A stretch of 64,000 bases of DNA, taken from assembly GCA_977017575.1 (NCBI GenBank), contig CDRNVI010000018.1:124001-188000 (forward strand). The letters run 5' to 3'. This document shows positions 49,817 to 60,710 of this stretch, one piece after another. Both the position numbers and the translations under genes were made by a program. Below the pieces are notes generated by a model, which was given only the letters and a program-made list of their open reading frames with translations, did not search any database and was not told the DNA's origin. The stretch comes from Paramoeba atlantica. Its lineage: Eukaryota; Protista; Discosea. The first letter of the stretch is position 1. Every line of letters starts with the position of its first letter.

Positions 49817-51770
49817 ACAAAAACTTAAACGTAGTACGACTAACAACCTAACAAGGATATATAAGAAATAGTAGAATATCCAATCCATGTAATTATAGAA
49901 CACAAATCATAATTTGAAGAAATTATGTGCCCCGAAGGGCCAGCAGGCAAATACATAACAACCCCTCGGCTAAATTTCAAAACGTGGACTATTATTTAGA
50001 TGTCAACGGATATTATCTCTCAGCTATTTCACCAGTATAGAATATTTCTAAAATCTATTACTTGTCTTCGAGGTGCTCCCGAAGTTGGGAGTATACCACG
50101 AGGCCGTTGAAGTTTTGCAACAGTAGCTTGAACGAGAGTTCCGTCTCGCGGGCGTTCAGAAGACAAGCGTCTGCCAAGGCTCTGATCAGATTGCGTGTGT
50201 TCGCGTGTAGTGATCCGGAGGACAGAATCGGAATGCATTGGAACGATTCTTGGGCGATCATTCCCGTTGCGACGTAAGTTTCCATTTTGCGATGAATGAC
50301 GTCACGGATCAATTGAGAGCTTTTCTTATTTATGTGGGAAGGTGTCATCTCGTGCACGACGGTAAGATCATAAAATATAGCTCCTGTGTCCCAGTATATC
50401 ACAAGGTCTGGCCCAGATCGATGAAGGTGCCGTCCTGTACATATTTTGCTGTGCGTAGGTTGGCTTTCTCGGCTTACCACATTTCTACACGTAGTGCACG
50501 TCCAGTTACTGAATGCTCGAGGTTCACTCTCACATGGTATCCCTGCGCGCATGCAAAGGTCGTGGAAGAATTTCACCAGCATGTTGTGCTTCACGGAGGC
50601 ATTGATACCAGAGCATTGCGCACACCCAACTTCTCGCTTGGGGCAATGCCGCCCCGGACACATGAAGGTCTAAAACTTAGTAGGGAAAAAAATACAAAAA
50701 GTGATCAACAAGGCTGGGTCCTCTTGGATATGGTTTTCGTCATGGGCTATGTTCTCGTGTGATTGACTCGTAGATCCGATGCGGAAGTTCTTGGCTTTGA
50801 TTTTGATTAGATTCCGCGATGTGATTTCACACGGAGGCTCATGGTCCGCCCAATTCGGGGCTAGTGTTTTGGAACCTATTATCTTGATCTTTGGAGTCTT
50901 CTTCACCTTCACTGGTGTCTCCGTGTGCGATCCTGATTCTTCTGCTACCTTTATTCCGTTCGTCTTGCTTTGATCTCGTTGAGTACGTTGTTTTTCAACT
51001 CTCCCGTGAGACTTCCCGTTGTTCACTGTTGTTCTGCTGCCCGTTTTCCGCGTGTTTTCGGAATCTAAACGAGAAGACGTACGAGAGAGGCGTGTCATAA
51101 GCGTAGAAAAATAGAAAATTAAAATCAACAAGGTACAGAAAGTAAGATCATAAAATATAGCTCCTGTGTCCCAGTATATCACAAAGTCTGGCCCAGATCG
51201 ATGAAGGTGCCGTCCTGTACATATTTTGCTGCGCGTAGGTTGGCTTTCTCGGCTTGCCACATTTCTACACGTAGTGCACGTCCAGTTACTGAATGCTCGA
51301 GGTTCACTCTCACATGGTATCCCTGCGCGCATGCAAAGGTCGTGGAAGAATTTCACCAGCATGTTGTGCTTCACGGAGGCATTGATACCAGAGCATTGCG
51401 CACATCCACTGATGTGAGTGAGAGCTGATCTGTTGTCGAGTATGGAACGGCATACTGGGCATAGCAAGCTTTTCGGCAGGCGCGGATGTTCTATCCCCAA
51501 TCTCGGCATTATGGCTAATTCAAAAACGTGGGGTGGAATATAGCTCAACCGGTACGAGCTGGGATTTAATTGTGGGGGGTAGGGCAAAGTGTGGGGGGGA
51601 TAGAAAAAACCCCCGGGTGTTTTTACCTTTCGGGTGTCACTTTTTCACTGCATTTCTCTTCAGGGAGGCGGCTTCGTGGGGGGAAATTGTTTGCTAGTTT
51701 GGGGTGGGCTGATTGCTTGTGGAAGGAGGTAAAAATTAAGAAATTTACATACATTCAAAAAAAAAAAAAA

Positions 51771-51880
51771 GTAGGAACAATTCCAAGCACAAATGGTGTC
51801 CGACAAGGGTCCACACTTTCATCGGTTTATTTCTGTGCCCTATTGCAACCAATCCTTGAAACTCTGTCTGCAGTGGGTCC
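51771..51880 (+). pseudogene. Short CRE RT fragment between A-tracts
   Basis: IPSTNGVRQGSTLSSVYFCALLQPILE. Confidence 0.75.
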
Positions 51881-51932
51881 TGTAGGATGGAGCTCTTTCA
51901 ACTTGAAAACTTTCTAAAAAAAAAAAAAAAAA

Positions 51933-52648
51933 TTACGGTTCTCCGTAATATCGGAGCACAACGGGCTAATGCGTCAAAAGAGCTTCTCTCACGGAGCCAA
52001 GCGCGAAATGACCTCCTAACGGAGCTCAACATTGCCCTGATGCGTTCCCAAGCCAGAATGATGGTATCACGCATCTGCGTGCCGGATCCCACGGATCCTA
52101 TGGTAGTGACATAGGCCGTGGGGACACAAACTGCCGGTCCGGATGCCGGTCGATGCCGACAGGGTCTACGCTCACACCTAGTCCGCCAGGTCTAGGTACT
52201 CCAAGTGAGGTAAGACAAGGGCTGGGAACTTTGTTCCCTCCCCGTCGGCCAGCATCATGCTCCGCGACCGTGCCGCTGTCGGCACAGGCCCATTGCTTGC
52301 GCCCTCTCGTACAACAAGAGAAGGGTTAACAAGGAAAGCTGGGAGAGGTCGAAAGACCCGGTCCGGAACGCGCGAATGGTTAGGGGAAAGTCTGCCCCTC
52401 CTAGCAGAGGGAGACCTTACCCTCCCTGGAAAGCTGGTAAGATTGGTAAGGGGAAGTGGGTAAGATGGGAAAGCATGTATTTGCTAGTTATATTTTTTGC
52501 TCGTTTTCAAAATGGGGGGAAGTTAGTGAAAGAAGTTGAGCAAGTAGGAAAGTAAGTGAGAAAGTCATACCGTACATACATATAAACCCCCCACAGCGAA
52601 AAGTCACCCCCCTCTAACTTTTCAGCAAAAAGAAAATGTAAAAAAAAA
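51933..52648 (+). mobile_element. 5'-truncated CRE-E-like 3' end
   Basis: QARNDLLTELNIALMRSQARMMVSR plus the structured 3' UTR and A-tail. Confidence 0.85.
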
Positions 52649-52733
52649 CTTCTTTAACGATAAAGATACAGTTTCTGTACCTTGTTGAATTATTTTCTTT
52701 ATTTCATCTTTTCCAGGTACGCGGTTCTTTCTC

Positions 52734-55700
52734 ATGTCTGAGGACGATCTTCTCAAAGCCTCACATCCGCCGATGGACGACGATTCATTTTTACAAGAGG
52801 AAGCAGTACACAATAGAGGATCCTGGGACCAGTTTGCTGGAAACGCACATCTCATTAAGCAACGGAGTACGTACAACGAATTGCTCTACACGACCCCTAT
52901 TCCTGCGAACATTCCGGAAGAATGGAACATGAACGCCGCCTTGATCTCAACTGAGAACCAGACACGTGATACGGGACAGGTAGATAGTAGCGATGAGGAA
53001 ACAAACCACTCACGAGTCATCAGATTACATCATGGACACCAAAAAATGCAATCTGATAGCAACACTATCACTAAAAAGTTTACTCGATGCCAACCATCTT
53101 CCACACCCCCAAGCGTCAAAGGGAATCGGGGAATCGTAAAGTCTCATCGAAAAGCGCGCGAACCAGCTACACCTCGAAAAGGGGAAGCGACGGAACATAA
53201 CCCCGAAAACAACTCTCCACGCCAAATAATACAAGGAACTTCCCTTGAAATCCCACCTTCGACGAGCGAACCAGTTCTCACGTTTCCATCTTCCCAAAAC
53301 CGTCCGACACAAAGGGAGTGCCCCGCAGAAAACTGTATTTGGAAAACTCGTGCCCATGGAGGTCAATGGCAGTCGTACTACAACCACGTTGCTTACCGAC
53401 ACGGAAATAACATACCCAATGACTGGTGGACAAAGGAAGGACGATTTCTCTGCGACGCATGCGGTCGTCATTACGATATTAGCAAGAAAACTTCTCATTT
53501 GAATCATTGTAAAATGCAATCTACACCACCCTCCTCGCAGCCGCCCTCACAACCACAGCAGCATTCACAACTGTCAGAGTCCGGAGAAGCCATGTACGAT
53601 ATGCAAGGTACGCATAGTCTACCGTCCCTAGAGGAAGTTTGCACGACCCAAATAAGCACGTGCAAGGATGTCCCACACCGATGTCGATATCTGTGGACCA
53701 GAATTTTTACCGCAGCCCTCTCCACCGCGGTAAACGAAAACTCACTGAGAGCCTGGACCCTTCTTGCCTTGCTTCCGAAATGCGTCCTACCAGCCCCGTA
53801 CCGAGGAGGCCGTAAAGCTCACAAGTCCTATACCTCCTACATCTCAAAGCGAATGGAACTTTGGATACAAGGCCAATATACCACCCTATGGGCCCAAGCA
53901 AATTCGGAGCATGACAGGAAGCGCTCAAAAGTGCCGAATAATGAGATTGAGGGTGAAGAAGACAAGGCTGCAATACGGGCTGAAATTCTGGTTCGCCAAG
54001 GAGAATTTTCCCGAGGCATGGCTGCCCTTACTGCAGCTCCACTTGCACCATACAACGAGGAAACCCTGCTAAAGCTGCAGGAAAAACACCCCAGCCCCCA
54101 TGGTAATCCCATCTCGTGCCCCCTACCTCCCCTGGAAGAAGAAGCTTTAAAACTGGACGAATCCGAGGTAAGAAAAGCAGTAGATACCTTCCGTCGCGTA
54201 TCCTCTGCTGGGGCTATGGGGCTCCGGCCTGAACACCTCCAAACAGCGCTTCAAGAGCACGTCGACCAGAATATGAATCCTCTTACGACGCTCACTTCCT
54301 TCGTAAACCATCTTCTAGCTGGCAAAGCCCCAGACGAAGTGCAACCTTTTTTTGCAGGGGCACGGCTATGCGCACTCGAAAAAGGGGAAGATGACGTGCG
54401 GCCTATCGCTGCGGGGGAAACCCTTAGACGCCTGGTGAGCAAGGCAGTATGCCTTTCGATAAAAGAAAAAGCAGGATCCTTCTTTGGACGTCGTCAATAC
54501 GGAGTCGCAGCGTCTGCTGGGGCGGAAAGAGTGATACACCTTTGTCGCCGTCTAATGAGAAATAATGAAGAAAATGAGAACATAACGTTCTGTAAGGTGG
54601 ATCTTCGGAACGCCTTTAATAACGTGAGCCGACCCGTCTTCATCTTCCTCACACGAAAGCATTTCCCTGAACTATCCCCATGGGTAGAATGGTGTTATGC
54701 CAATCATAGCTGTCTCACATTCGGCGATGATTTTATCCCCTCGGCAGAAGGAGTGCAACAAGGAGACCCTCTGGGCCCACTCCTCTTCTCTTTGGTGTTA
54801 GCAGAGGTAACAGAAGAAATTGCATCAAATTCTAACCTACGAACACAATTATGGTATTTAGATGACGGTGTGCTTGTAGGTGATCCCAAAGAAGTCCGTA
54901 AAGCCCTAGACGTCCTCGACGAGATAGGACCGAAGTGGGGACTCTTCCTGAATCTCTCCAAGTGCGAGATCATTACCCCCCCAGCATCAGCTCATACATC
55001 CGTTTTCTTTCCTGACATCCCCAGTGATAAAATACGGTACGACGGGAACTTCGACATTCTTGGAAGCCCAATAGGCTCTGCGGAACACTGTGCGGAGTTT
55101 CTCATGACACACGCGATTGAACCAGCCCGCGAAACATTAGAAGCTACTGCTGTGTTAGAAGATCCCCAAATAGCTCTCGCACTAATACGGCAATGTTCGG
55201 GGTTTTGTCAGATGGTGTACGCACTGCGCACGACTCCTCCCCAAGCCCTTGGAGAATTATGCCAAAAACTTGACTCTCATCTAGCCCAGGCCGTGGAGCA
55301 CGCAATTTCTCCCTTAGGCGTCGCCGCTCGCGACCAAATACAACGACCAAAACGCCACGGCGGGTTCGGACTTCGCTCATCAATTCTCCACCAGTCAGCA
55401 GCCTACGTTTCTTCCGTCGCGCACGCCGCTAGCTTGGACAACTGGGACCCCACAGAAGCTGAGGGATTTTCCAGCTCAGCACATGACATAAATGACAAAG
55501 TTGGGACTGATCTGGTTGATCCATACACTGGACGCATTACCAAACCTAGCGTGCCTGGTGAATATCATGCAAATCGGAGCATCCTTTCCCGCCCAGCGAA
55601 AAGAAAACTCGCACAATCCCTCAATCACTCCCTTCTCCCGGTCTCGACGGATCAGGAAAAGATCATCCCGAGGCAAAAACATCTCAGCCAAGCTATCTCG

Positions 55701-56534
55701 GATAGGGAATTTCAAACGGCATATTCAAAGGCAGACGCAAGAACGCGGGCGCGATGGATCTCGCAGTCCGGAAAAGGGGCCGGAAACTGGGCTTTCGCAA
55801 CTCCCTCCAAGACCAGAGGCTACGCTTTCACCCACACGGAGTTTCGTACCCTAACACGCTGGTGGCTAGGCATGGACGTCTTCCCCGAAGATCGGCCTTG
55901 CCCAGCTGACGGGTGCACCCTTCCCTTGCTCAAGAATGGAGAGCACGCTTTGCTCTGCAAGAACGGCCATGGTATCATCTTACGGCACAACGCTCTGGCC
56001 CAACAATTTACATCGTTCTGCAGCAGAGCCTTCCTGGCGCCACAGAGAGAGAAGAGTTTGGGAAATCGGGGTCCTGGGGGGGCTCTCACGAGACCAGCGG
56101 ACGTATTTCTGCCAACGGCCTCCATCGCCAAAGGATCTTTAGCGCAAGGCATGGTCCTAGATTTTGCGGTCACTCACGCACAGCAAACAAAGTATTCGGA
56201 CTCAGTCCACAATGCTAGCTGGGTGACCCCGGGGTCTTTTGCTGAGCACTTCGCGGAGACCAAGGCGCGACAGCGACAAGAAGCAGAAAAAGCAGGACAT
56301 CTCTTCACAGCGATGGTGGTGGAATCCTTTGGTTCCTGGAGCGAGAGTGCGCTAGCGTTACTCCGGGACATCGGAACCCAACGGGCGAATGCGTCCAAAG
56401 GGCTCCTTTCACGAGACCAAGCGCGAAACGATCTCCTAACGGATCTGAACGTGACGCTAATGCGTTCTCAAGCCAGGATGATGGTTTCGCGCATCCGCGT
56501 AGAGGACCCAGCGGATCCTTTGGTAGAGGCTTAA
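52734..56534 (+). CDS. Intact RLE-type polyprotein: LsmAD-like motif, two C2H2-like fingers, RT, CCHC, restriction-like endonuclease
   Basis: CPAENC...H...H; CDAC...H..H; GLRPEHL; RPIAAGETLRR; VDLRNAFN; QQGDPLGP; YLDD; CPADGC...HALLC; RHN; RPADV; LDFAVT. Confidence 0.95.
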   Translation: MSEDDLLKASHPPMDDDSFLQEEAVHNRGSWDQFAGNAHLIKQRSTYNELLYTTPIPANIPEEWNMNAALISTENQTRDTGQVDSSDEETNHSRVIRLHHGHQKMQSDSNTITKKFTRCQPSSTPPSVKGNRGIVKSHRKAREPATPRKGEATEHNPENNSPRQIIQGTSLEIPPSTSEPVLTFPSSQNRPTQRECPAENCIWKTRAHGGQWQSYYNHVAYRHGNNIPNDWWTKEGRFLCDACGRHYDISKKTSHLNHCKMQSTPPSSQPPSQPQQHSQLSESGEAMYDMQGTHSLPSLEEVCTTQISTCKDVPHRCRYLWTRIFTAALSTAVNENSLRAWTLLALLPKCVLPAPYRGGRKAHKSYTSYISKRMELWIQGQYTTLWAQANSEHDRKRSKVPNNEIEGEEDKAAIRAEILVRQGEFSRGMAALTAAPLAPYNEETLLKLQEKHPSPHGNPISCPLPPLEEEALKLDESEVRKAVDTFRRVSSAGAMGLRPEHLQTALQEHVDQNMNPLTTLTSFVNHLLAGKAPDEVQPFFAGARLCALEKGEDDVRPIAAGETLRRLVSKAVCLSIKEKAGSFFGRRQYGVAASAGAERVIHLCRRLMRNNEENENITFCKVDLRNAFNNVSRPVFIFLTRKHFPELSPWVEWCYANHSCLTFGDDFIPSAEGVQQGDPLGPLLFSLVLAEVTEEIASNSNLRTQLWYLDDGVLVGDPKEVRKALDVLDEIGPKWGLFLNLSKCEIITPPASAHTSVFFPDIPSDKIRYDGNFDILGSPIGSAEHCAEFLMTHAIEPARETLEATAVLEDPQIALALIRQCSGFCQMVYALRTTPPQALGELCQKLDSHLAQAVEHAISPLGVAARDQIQRPKRHGGFGLRSSILHQSAAYVSSVAHAASLDNWDPTEAEGFSSSAHDINDKVGTDLVDPYTGRITKPSVPGEYHANRSILSRPAKRKLAQSLNHSLLPVSTDQEKIIPRQKHLSQAISDREFQTAYSKADARTRARWISQSGKGAGNWAFATPSKTRGYAFTHTEFRTLTRWWLGMDVFPEDRPCPADGCTLPLLKNGEHALLCKNGHGIILRHNALAQQFTSFCSRAFLAPQREKSLGNRGPGGALTRPADVFLPTASIAKGSLAQGMVLDFAVTHAQQTKYSDSVHNASWVTPGSFAEHFAETKARQRQEAEKAGHLFTAMVVESFGSWSESALALLRDIGTQRANASKGLLSRDQARNDLLTDLNVTLMRSQARMMVSRIRVEDPADPLVEA

Positions 56535-56584
56535 GCCTCTACTGACAGTCCAGTTTCAGCACGAAGACGCCATAATATCCAGGA

Positions 56585-56722
56585 CAGGTGCTGGCCGGGT
56601 CGACAGAGTCTATACTCACGCCTAGCCCGCGAGGGCTAGGTACCCCAAGTGAGGTAGTACACGGGTAGTGAATCTCCTCCCCGTCGGCCAGCATCCTGTT
56701 TCGTGACCGTGTCGCTGTCGAC
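56585..56722 (+). promoter_or_regulatory. Conserved pseudoknotted 3' UTR element of the CRE-E family
   Basis: 56585-56597 pairs with 56685-56698; 56599-56606 pairs with 56715-56722; compensatory change in the other copies. Confidence 0.65.
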
Positions 56723-57024
56723 ACAGGCCCGGGCCTGCGCCCTCCTGTATAACAAGGGAAGGGTTCACAAGTCAGGCCGTGGAGAGGTCGAAAGACCCGG
56801 TCCGGAACGCGCGAATGGATTGGGCATAGATTGCTAGTTTTTATTGTTATTGTTTTTATTGTTCTTATACTTACGGGAGATCGAATTGCTAGTTTTGGGC
56901 TCCAAAATATGAAATTGCTAATTTGATTGCTTGTTTTAAAATCATATACCCCCCCAATGGACCTACTTGGTTCGTCTAATGGGTCAAAATATAGAGGCTA
57001 AAAAAAAAAAAAAAAAAAAAAAAA

Positions 57025-57365
57025 ACACAGGCCCGCGCCTGCGCCCTCCCATATAACAAGGGAAGGGTCCACAAGTCAGGCCGTGGTGAGGTCGAAAGAC
57101 CTGGTCCGGAACGCGCGGATGGATTGGGCGTGGATTGCCTCCTTTTTTATTATTATTGTTATCAGAATCATAAATAACTTAAGGCAGGTTGAATTACTAG
57201 TTTTGGGCTACAACATGTGAAATTGCTAATTTGATTGCTTGTTTACAAATCATATACCCCCCCCAATGGACCTTCATGGTTCATGTATTGGGTAATATAG
57301 AGGCAATGCCGCGTTTCATACTTCTCCCCCCTTATTAATCGCAAAAAAAAAAAAAAAAAAAAAAA
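57025..57365 (+). mobile_element. CRE-E 3' UTR-only insertion
   Basis: Matches the reverse complement of about 8410-8680; A-tail about 57343-57365. Confidence 0.85.
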
Positions 57366-57540
57366 TGGTCGCAAAGGCCACATGGCATATGCTTCCCACG
57401 CCTACAGTTGCATGCAGCGTTGGCTTGCGTTGGATTATTCCCTCCTCTGGAAAGAGGCCTTGACGACCTACCGCAAAAAGGAAGCAACTTTGGAAAATAT
57501 ATTATTATATATATATTATATAAAAAAAAAAAAAAAAAAA
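57366..57540 (+). mobile_element. 3' tip of an unidentified poly(A)-tailed element
   Basis: Short reading frame ending in poly(A) at about 57522-57540; family not recognised. Confidence 0.4.
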
Positions 57541-59220
57541 CATCCAGACCCCCTCCAGGAAAAGACGCATCTCGATTACAATATCGGGGGTCACCCCCAA
57601 TGGTGGCCGTAAGGGTGTGCATTATCTCGGGGGCACAACGATGCCCCATGGGCATAACATTCATTTCGTATAATGTGCCCTCCTCGTCACGGAAGCGAAA
57701 TTTTTGTCGTGATTCCACCGGTATCTTCACCTGCCAAAACCCGCACGCTACAGTAAACGTCACTATTCTCAGAATGTTCGGTTGTACGTTGACACACAAA
57801 AAACGGCTTTTTTGTCGTTTTTCGTCACTATTCTCAGAATTGGTCTGTTGAACGTTGACAGGCACTTTTTTATGAGGTCAAATCATAATTCTCACTTTTA
57901 AAAAAGAAAACGTTTTGCAAGAAAAATGTTAGCAGCGGAGCAACAGGCCGCTTTGGATGCACAAATGATCCCCAGAGATCTCCCACTATCTCCTTGGTTT
58001 GCGGAGTCGCCGCTCTATCAGAAGAACACCGCGCAGTCAAACAGCGCAAGTTTTCCTTTTGTGTATTAGCGTTTTGTTTTCAGAAAAACAAAGTTTCATT
58101 ACTCGTAGTCACCTAAATCAGTGTTTTCTTTTCTTTTTTTGGTCTCACTAAGACATTTGTGTGCCTTTCATGAATGGAAGAAGAGAAGGGACAACGATAA
58201 AAATGATCTCCAGTGATCCTCTGTGACCCCCATCTATCTCCACCTACCTATACCCCCCCCCGGTAATAGAATCGATTTTGGACCATAAAGGCCAAATCCT
58301 TGTTACTGGGTGGGGTATGCTTTTTCGGTGGGTAAAGGCCTTTTTCGTTCATGAGTGCGTTGATTTTCTGTACAGCCAACCCAGAAACCACGCGATTCGC
58401 TACTGCACAACCACCCTCATCCCGTCCAGACACCCCCCCCCTCCAACCACCCTCCCGAGACAAATCCTTGTTACTGTGTGTCGGCCCAAAAATGGCGAAA
58501 TCTCTGCTACTGGGGGGTCCATTACTGGGGGTATCCCCAGTGATTTCCACCGATCTCTCGCATCCTCTCCAGTTAGTGAAGATGAAGCAGTGAGTTAATC
58601 AGTGAGAGAACGAAAGCGTTTTTTTTTCAATTCTCATTTTTGAGTGTAAAATTGAATTGAACGTTGACACATGACCGAAGCTCCATTCTCATTTTCCAAG
58701 GTGCATTCTCATTTTAGTCAGTTGTACGTTGACAGCCCAATTCTCATTTTTAGCGACTCTCAGAATAGTGACGTTTACTGTAAATCCCGCTTAATAGCAC
58801 ATTGGTCTCGAACCCGATGAAGGTAATATGCAGCATGGCAAACCGGAACCTCAGGTTTGTACTCTTCGCGAATTCTATTGTTATCGCCTCGGGTCCAGGC
58901 TATAAAGCGACGTCGCTCTGAATTGTCTTCAGCTGGCTCCACCACCGTGAACGGAATCACCCACTCCATCGAAGGTCTGGCCTTTACTACCTCGGATTCA
59001 ACCCGTGAAATAACTCCTGTCTCCAACAAAGCGGATATATCAGCTGGGGGTAAAAAGGATTTGAATCGCGGCTCTATCGTCGGTGTAGACGGTAGCCGAA
59101 CAAGTGTATCCCATGTTTCTTCGAATCGGCGTTCTGCTTCGCTGTTCATCATTCGTTTGAGAGTATTAACCTGCATGTCGGGTATTCCGGATTTCACGTG
59201 CAACGGAAGATTATACACCG
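57541..59220 (-). pseudogene. VIPER-like RT fragment (family D) split by the MITE
   Basis: LPLHVK...AIKRDL|ACGFWQV...MPMGHRCAPE. Confidence 0.88.
57751..58780. mobile_element. 1030-bp non-autonomous Tc1/mariner-type DNA element (MITE)
   Basis: Perfect 19-bp TIR CAGTAAACGTCACTATTCT; TA at 57749-57750 and 58781-58782; removal restores cgggatttagcgtgc (RDLAC). Confidence 0.92.
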
Positions 59221-59339
59221 CGATCTAGCAGCGGAGGATGAGGGAAAGTCCTACCTCTCCATCCAAATCTGCCAACTACTATGACCTTGAACTTTTGAAA
59301 AACCTTTAAAACCCGTAGTCCTCCCCACTGTTCTTGTGA

Positions 59340-60135
59340 GGAAGGTATTGCCGAAGCTGCGATTTTCCTATTGTAAGCGGCACTCTTCAAGGAGATGTTC
59401 TAGCTCCTTACTTATTTGTTATGGTTCTGGACCGAATTTTGGTAGAGGCTATTGACATGAACAAGCTCGGGCTGGTAAAGCACACATTCGGGACAAAAAG
59501 TCGAGGACTCAAAGAACTGAGCATTTCTGACATTGATTACGCGGATGATATTGTATTGTTTGCTGCAACGAAACCTGAATTAAAAATCATGCTTACCAAT
59601 TTATGTGCTTCAGCAGAAAAGGCAAACCTTAAAATCAATGTTGGTCCACAGAAAACGGCTTGGATGACACTTGGAAAGGTGAAGGATGATAATACCGCCC
59701 TAGAAATAGACGGATTAGGGGAAATTCCTAGAGTACAAAAGTACAGATATCTTGGCAGCACGCAGAACACCGAGGATACCTGTACGTCCCCCAAGGAAAG
59801 ACTGCGACTAGGATGGGGTGTAATGCACAAGCTTCGCGCCATATGGAAGTCCTCTATCTCCTCTCATTGCAAATTTCAAATTTTCAAAACACTCGTTCAA
59901 TCCGTCGTGTACTACAACCCTGGCACATGGAATGTCAATCAGGCAGAACTTCACGATATTCAAGTTCAAGTAAATAGAATGCGCAGAATTGTATTTGGCG
60001 TAAAAAGTGCTTGTGACTCTCATCTCAGAACGGAATCGCTTTATCCTACTGACTTAAAACCGGAAACAGTAATTAAGACACAAAGAGCTTCCTTAATAGG
60101 GCATCTTGTGCGCCATCCTACACCGTTTACTACAG
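59340..60135 (+). pseudogene. RTE/ingi-group RT fragment
   Basis: GTLQGDVLAPYLF, DYADDI, YRYLGS, LIGHLVRH. Confidence 0.82.
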
Positions 60136-60710
60136 CCAACGCCTTCAATTCACCGCCGCGAAGCGAAATAGCGAAAGCAGTTTTCGGTTTACACACCTTG
60201 CGCCCTTTTCACCGCCTTTTCCACGCGGAATACTCCAAAGCGTCTGAGCTACTCTTCTACGGAAGGGATGGCCATTATCATGGCTCTGTCGAAAGTACGG
60301 CGGGTGTACGCCAAGGATCCCCCCTCTCGACATTGTTCTTCTGCGCATTTCTTCAACCTATACTAGAAACAATCGCCTCCGAGTTTCCAGACGTAAAACT
60401 ATTTGCTTATGTGGATGATATCAATTTGGCCTCAGAAAATACGAATTCCATTGCGAAGGCCTTCGAGAGACTACACACGCTACTTACTGAAAAGCAGGTA
60501 AAAATGGCGAAACAAAAGTGTGTGTGGTTTGGTGGTCTAAACATGATACCGGTGCCTGACAAACTGAAGTCCGAAGGAGTCATAACTGCATCTAAAACAA
60601 CCAAAACGCTCGGGGCATACATTGGCGATTCTTCCGCAGTAAGCCTGCAATTACAAGACAAGCTCAAAAAACATTCTACGTGTTTCAGAAGGCTGGGGAC
60701 ATACATTTTA
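60136..60710 (+). pseudogene. CRE-type RT fragment in frame with the preceding RT
   Basis: NAFNSP, GVRQGSPLS, AYVDD, LGAYIG. Confidence 0.85.

Larger units (their letters stand above)
44741..49994 (-). mobile_element. VIPER-like family A copy 3 (A...B only)
   Basis: The empty site tatataata^tttagatg is present at about 39868-39884, so the insertion is precise with no TSD. Confidence 0.93.
44570..51141 (-). mobile_element. CRE-L copy 2: SL-initiated, RT-deleted, split by A3 (44570-44740 plus 49995-51141)
   Basis: SL fragment 51126-51141; N-terminus MTRLS...PNWADHE joined near 50660-50690 to the RLE part. Confidence 0.8.
39714..51570 (-). mobile_element. CRE-L copy 1, split (39714-40251 plus 51142-51570)
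   Basis: GAIFYDLT|VVHEM rejoins across TSD ATCTTAC (40245-40251 and 51142-51148). Confidence 0.75.
52649..57024 (+). mobile_element. Full-length CRE-E non-LTR retrotransposon, SL-capped and poly(A)-tailed
   Basis: 39-nt SL at 52649-52687, 46-nt UTR, 1266-aa ORF, 3' UTR, poly(A) about 57000-57024. Confidence 0.93.

Noticed and set aside
52649-52700. SL RNA genes, or SL-gene target duplications as for SLACS/CZAR/CRE1
   Set aside because: No SL hit is followed by GT or an intron, and none follows an element's poly(A) tail.
56585-56722. HDV-like or hammerhead ribozyme
   Set aside because: No 3-bp P3 with 7-nt L3 and no CUGAUGA core; kept only as an unclassified pseudoknot.
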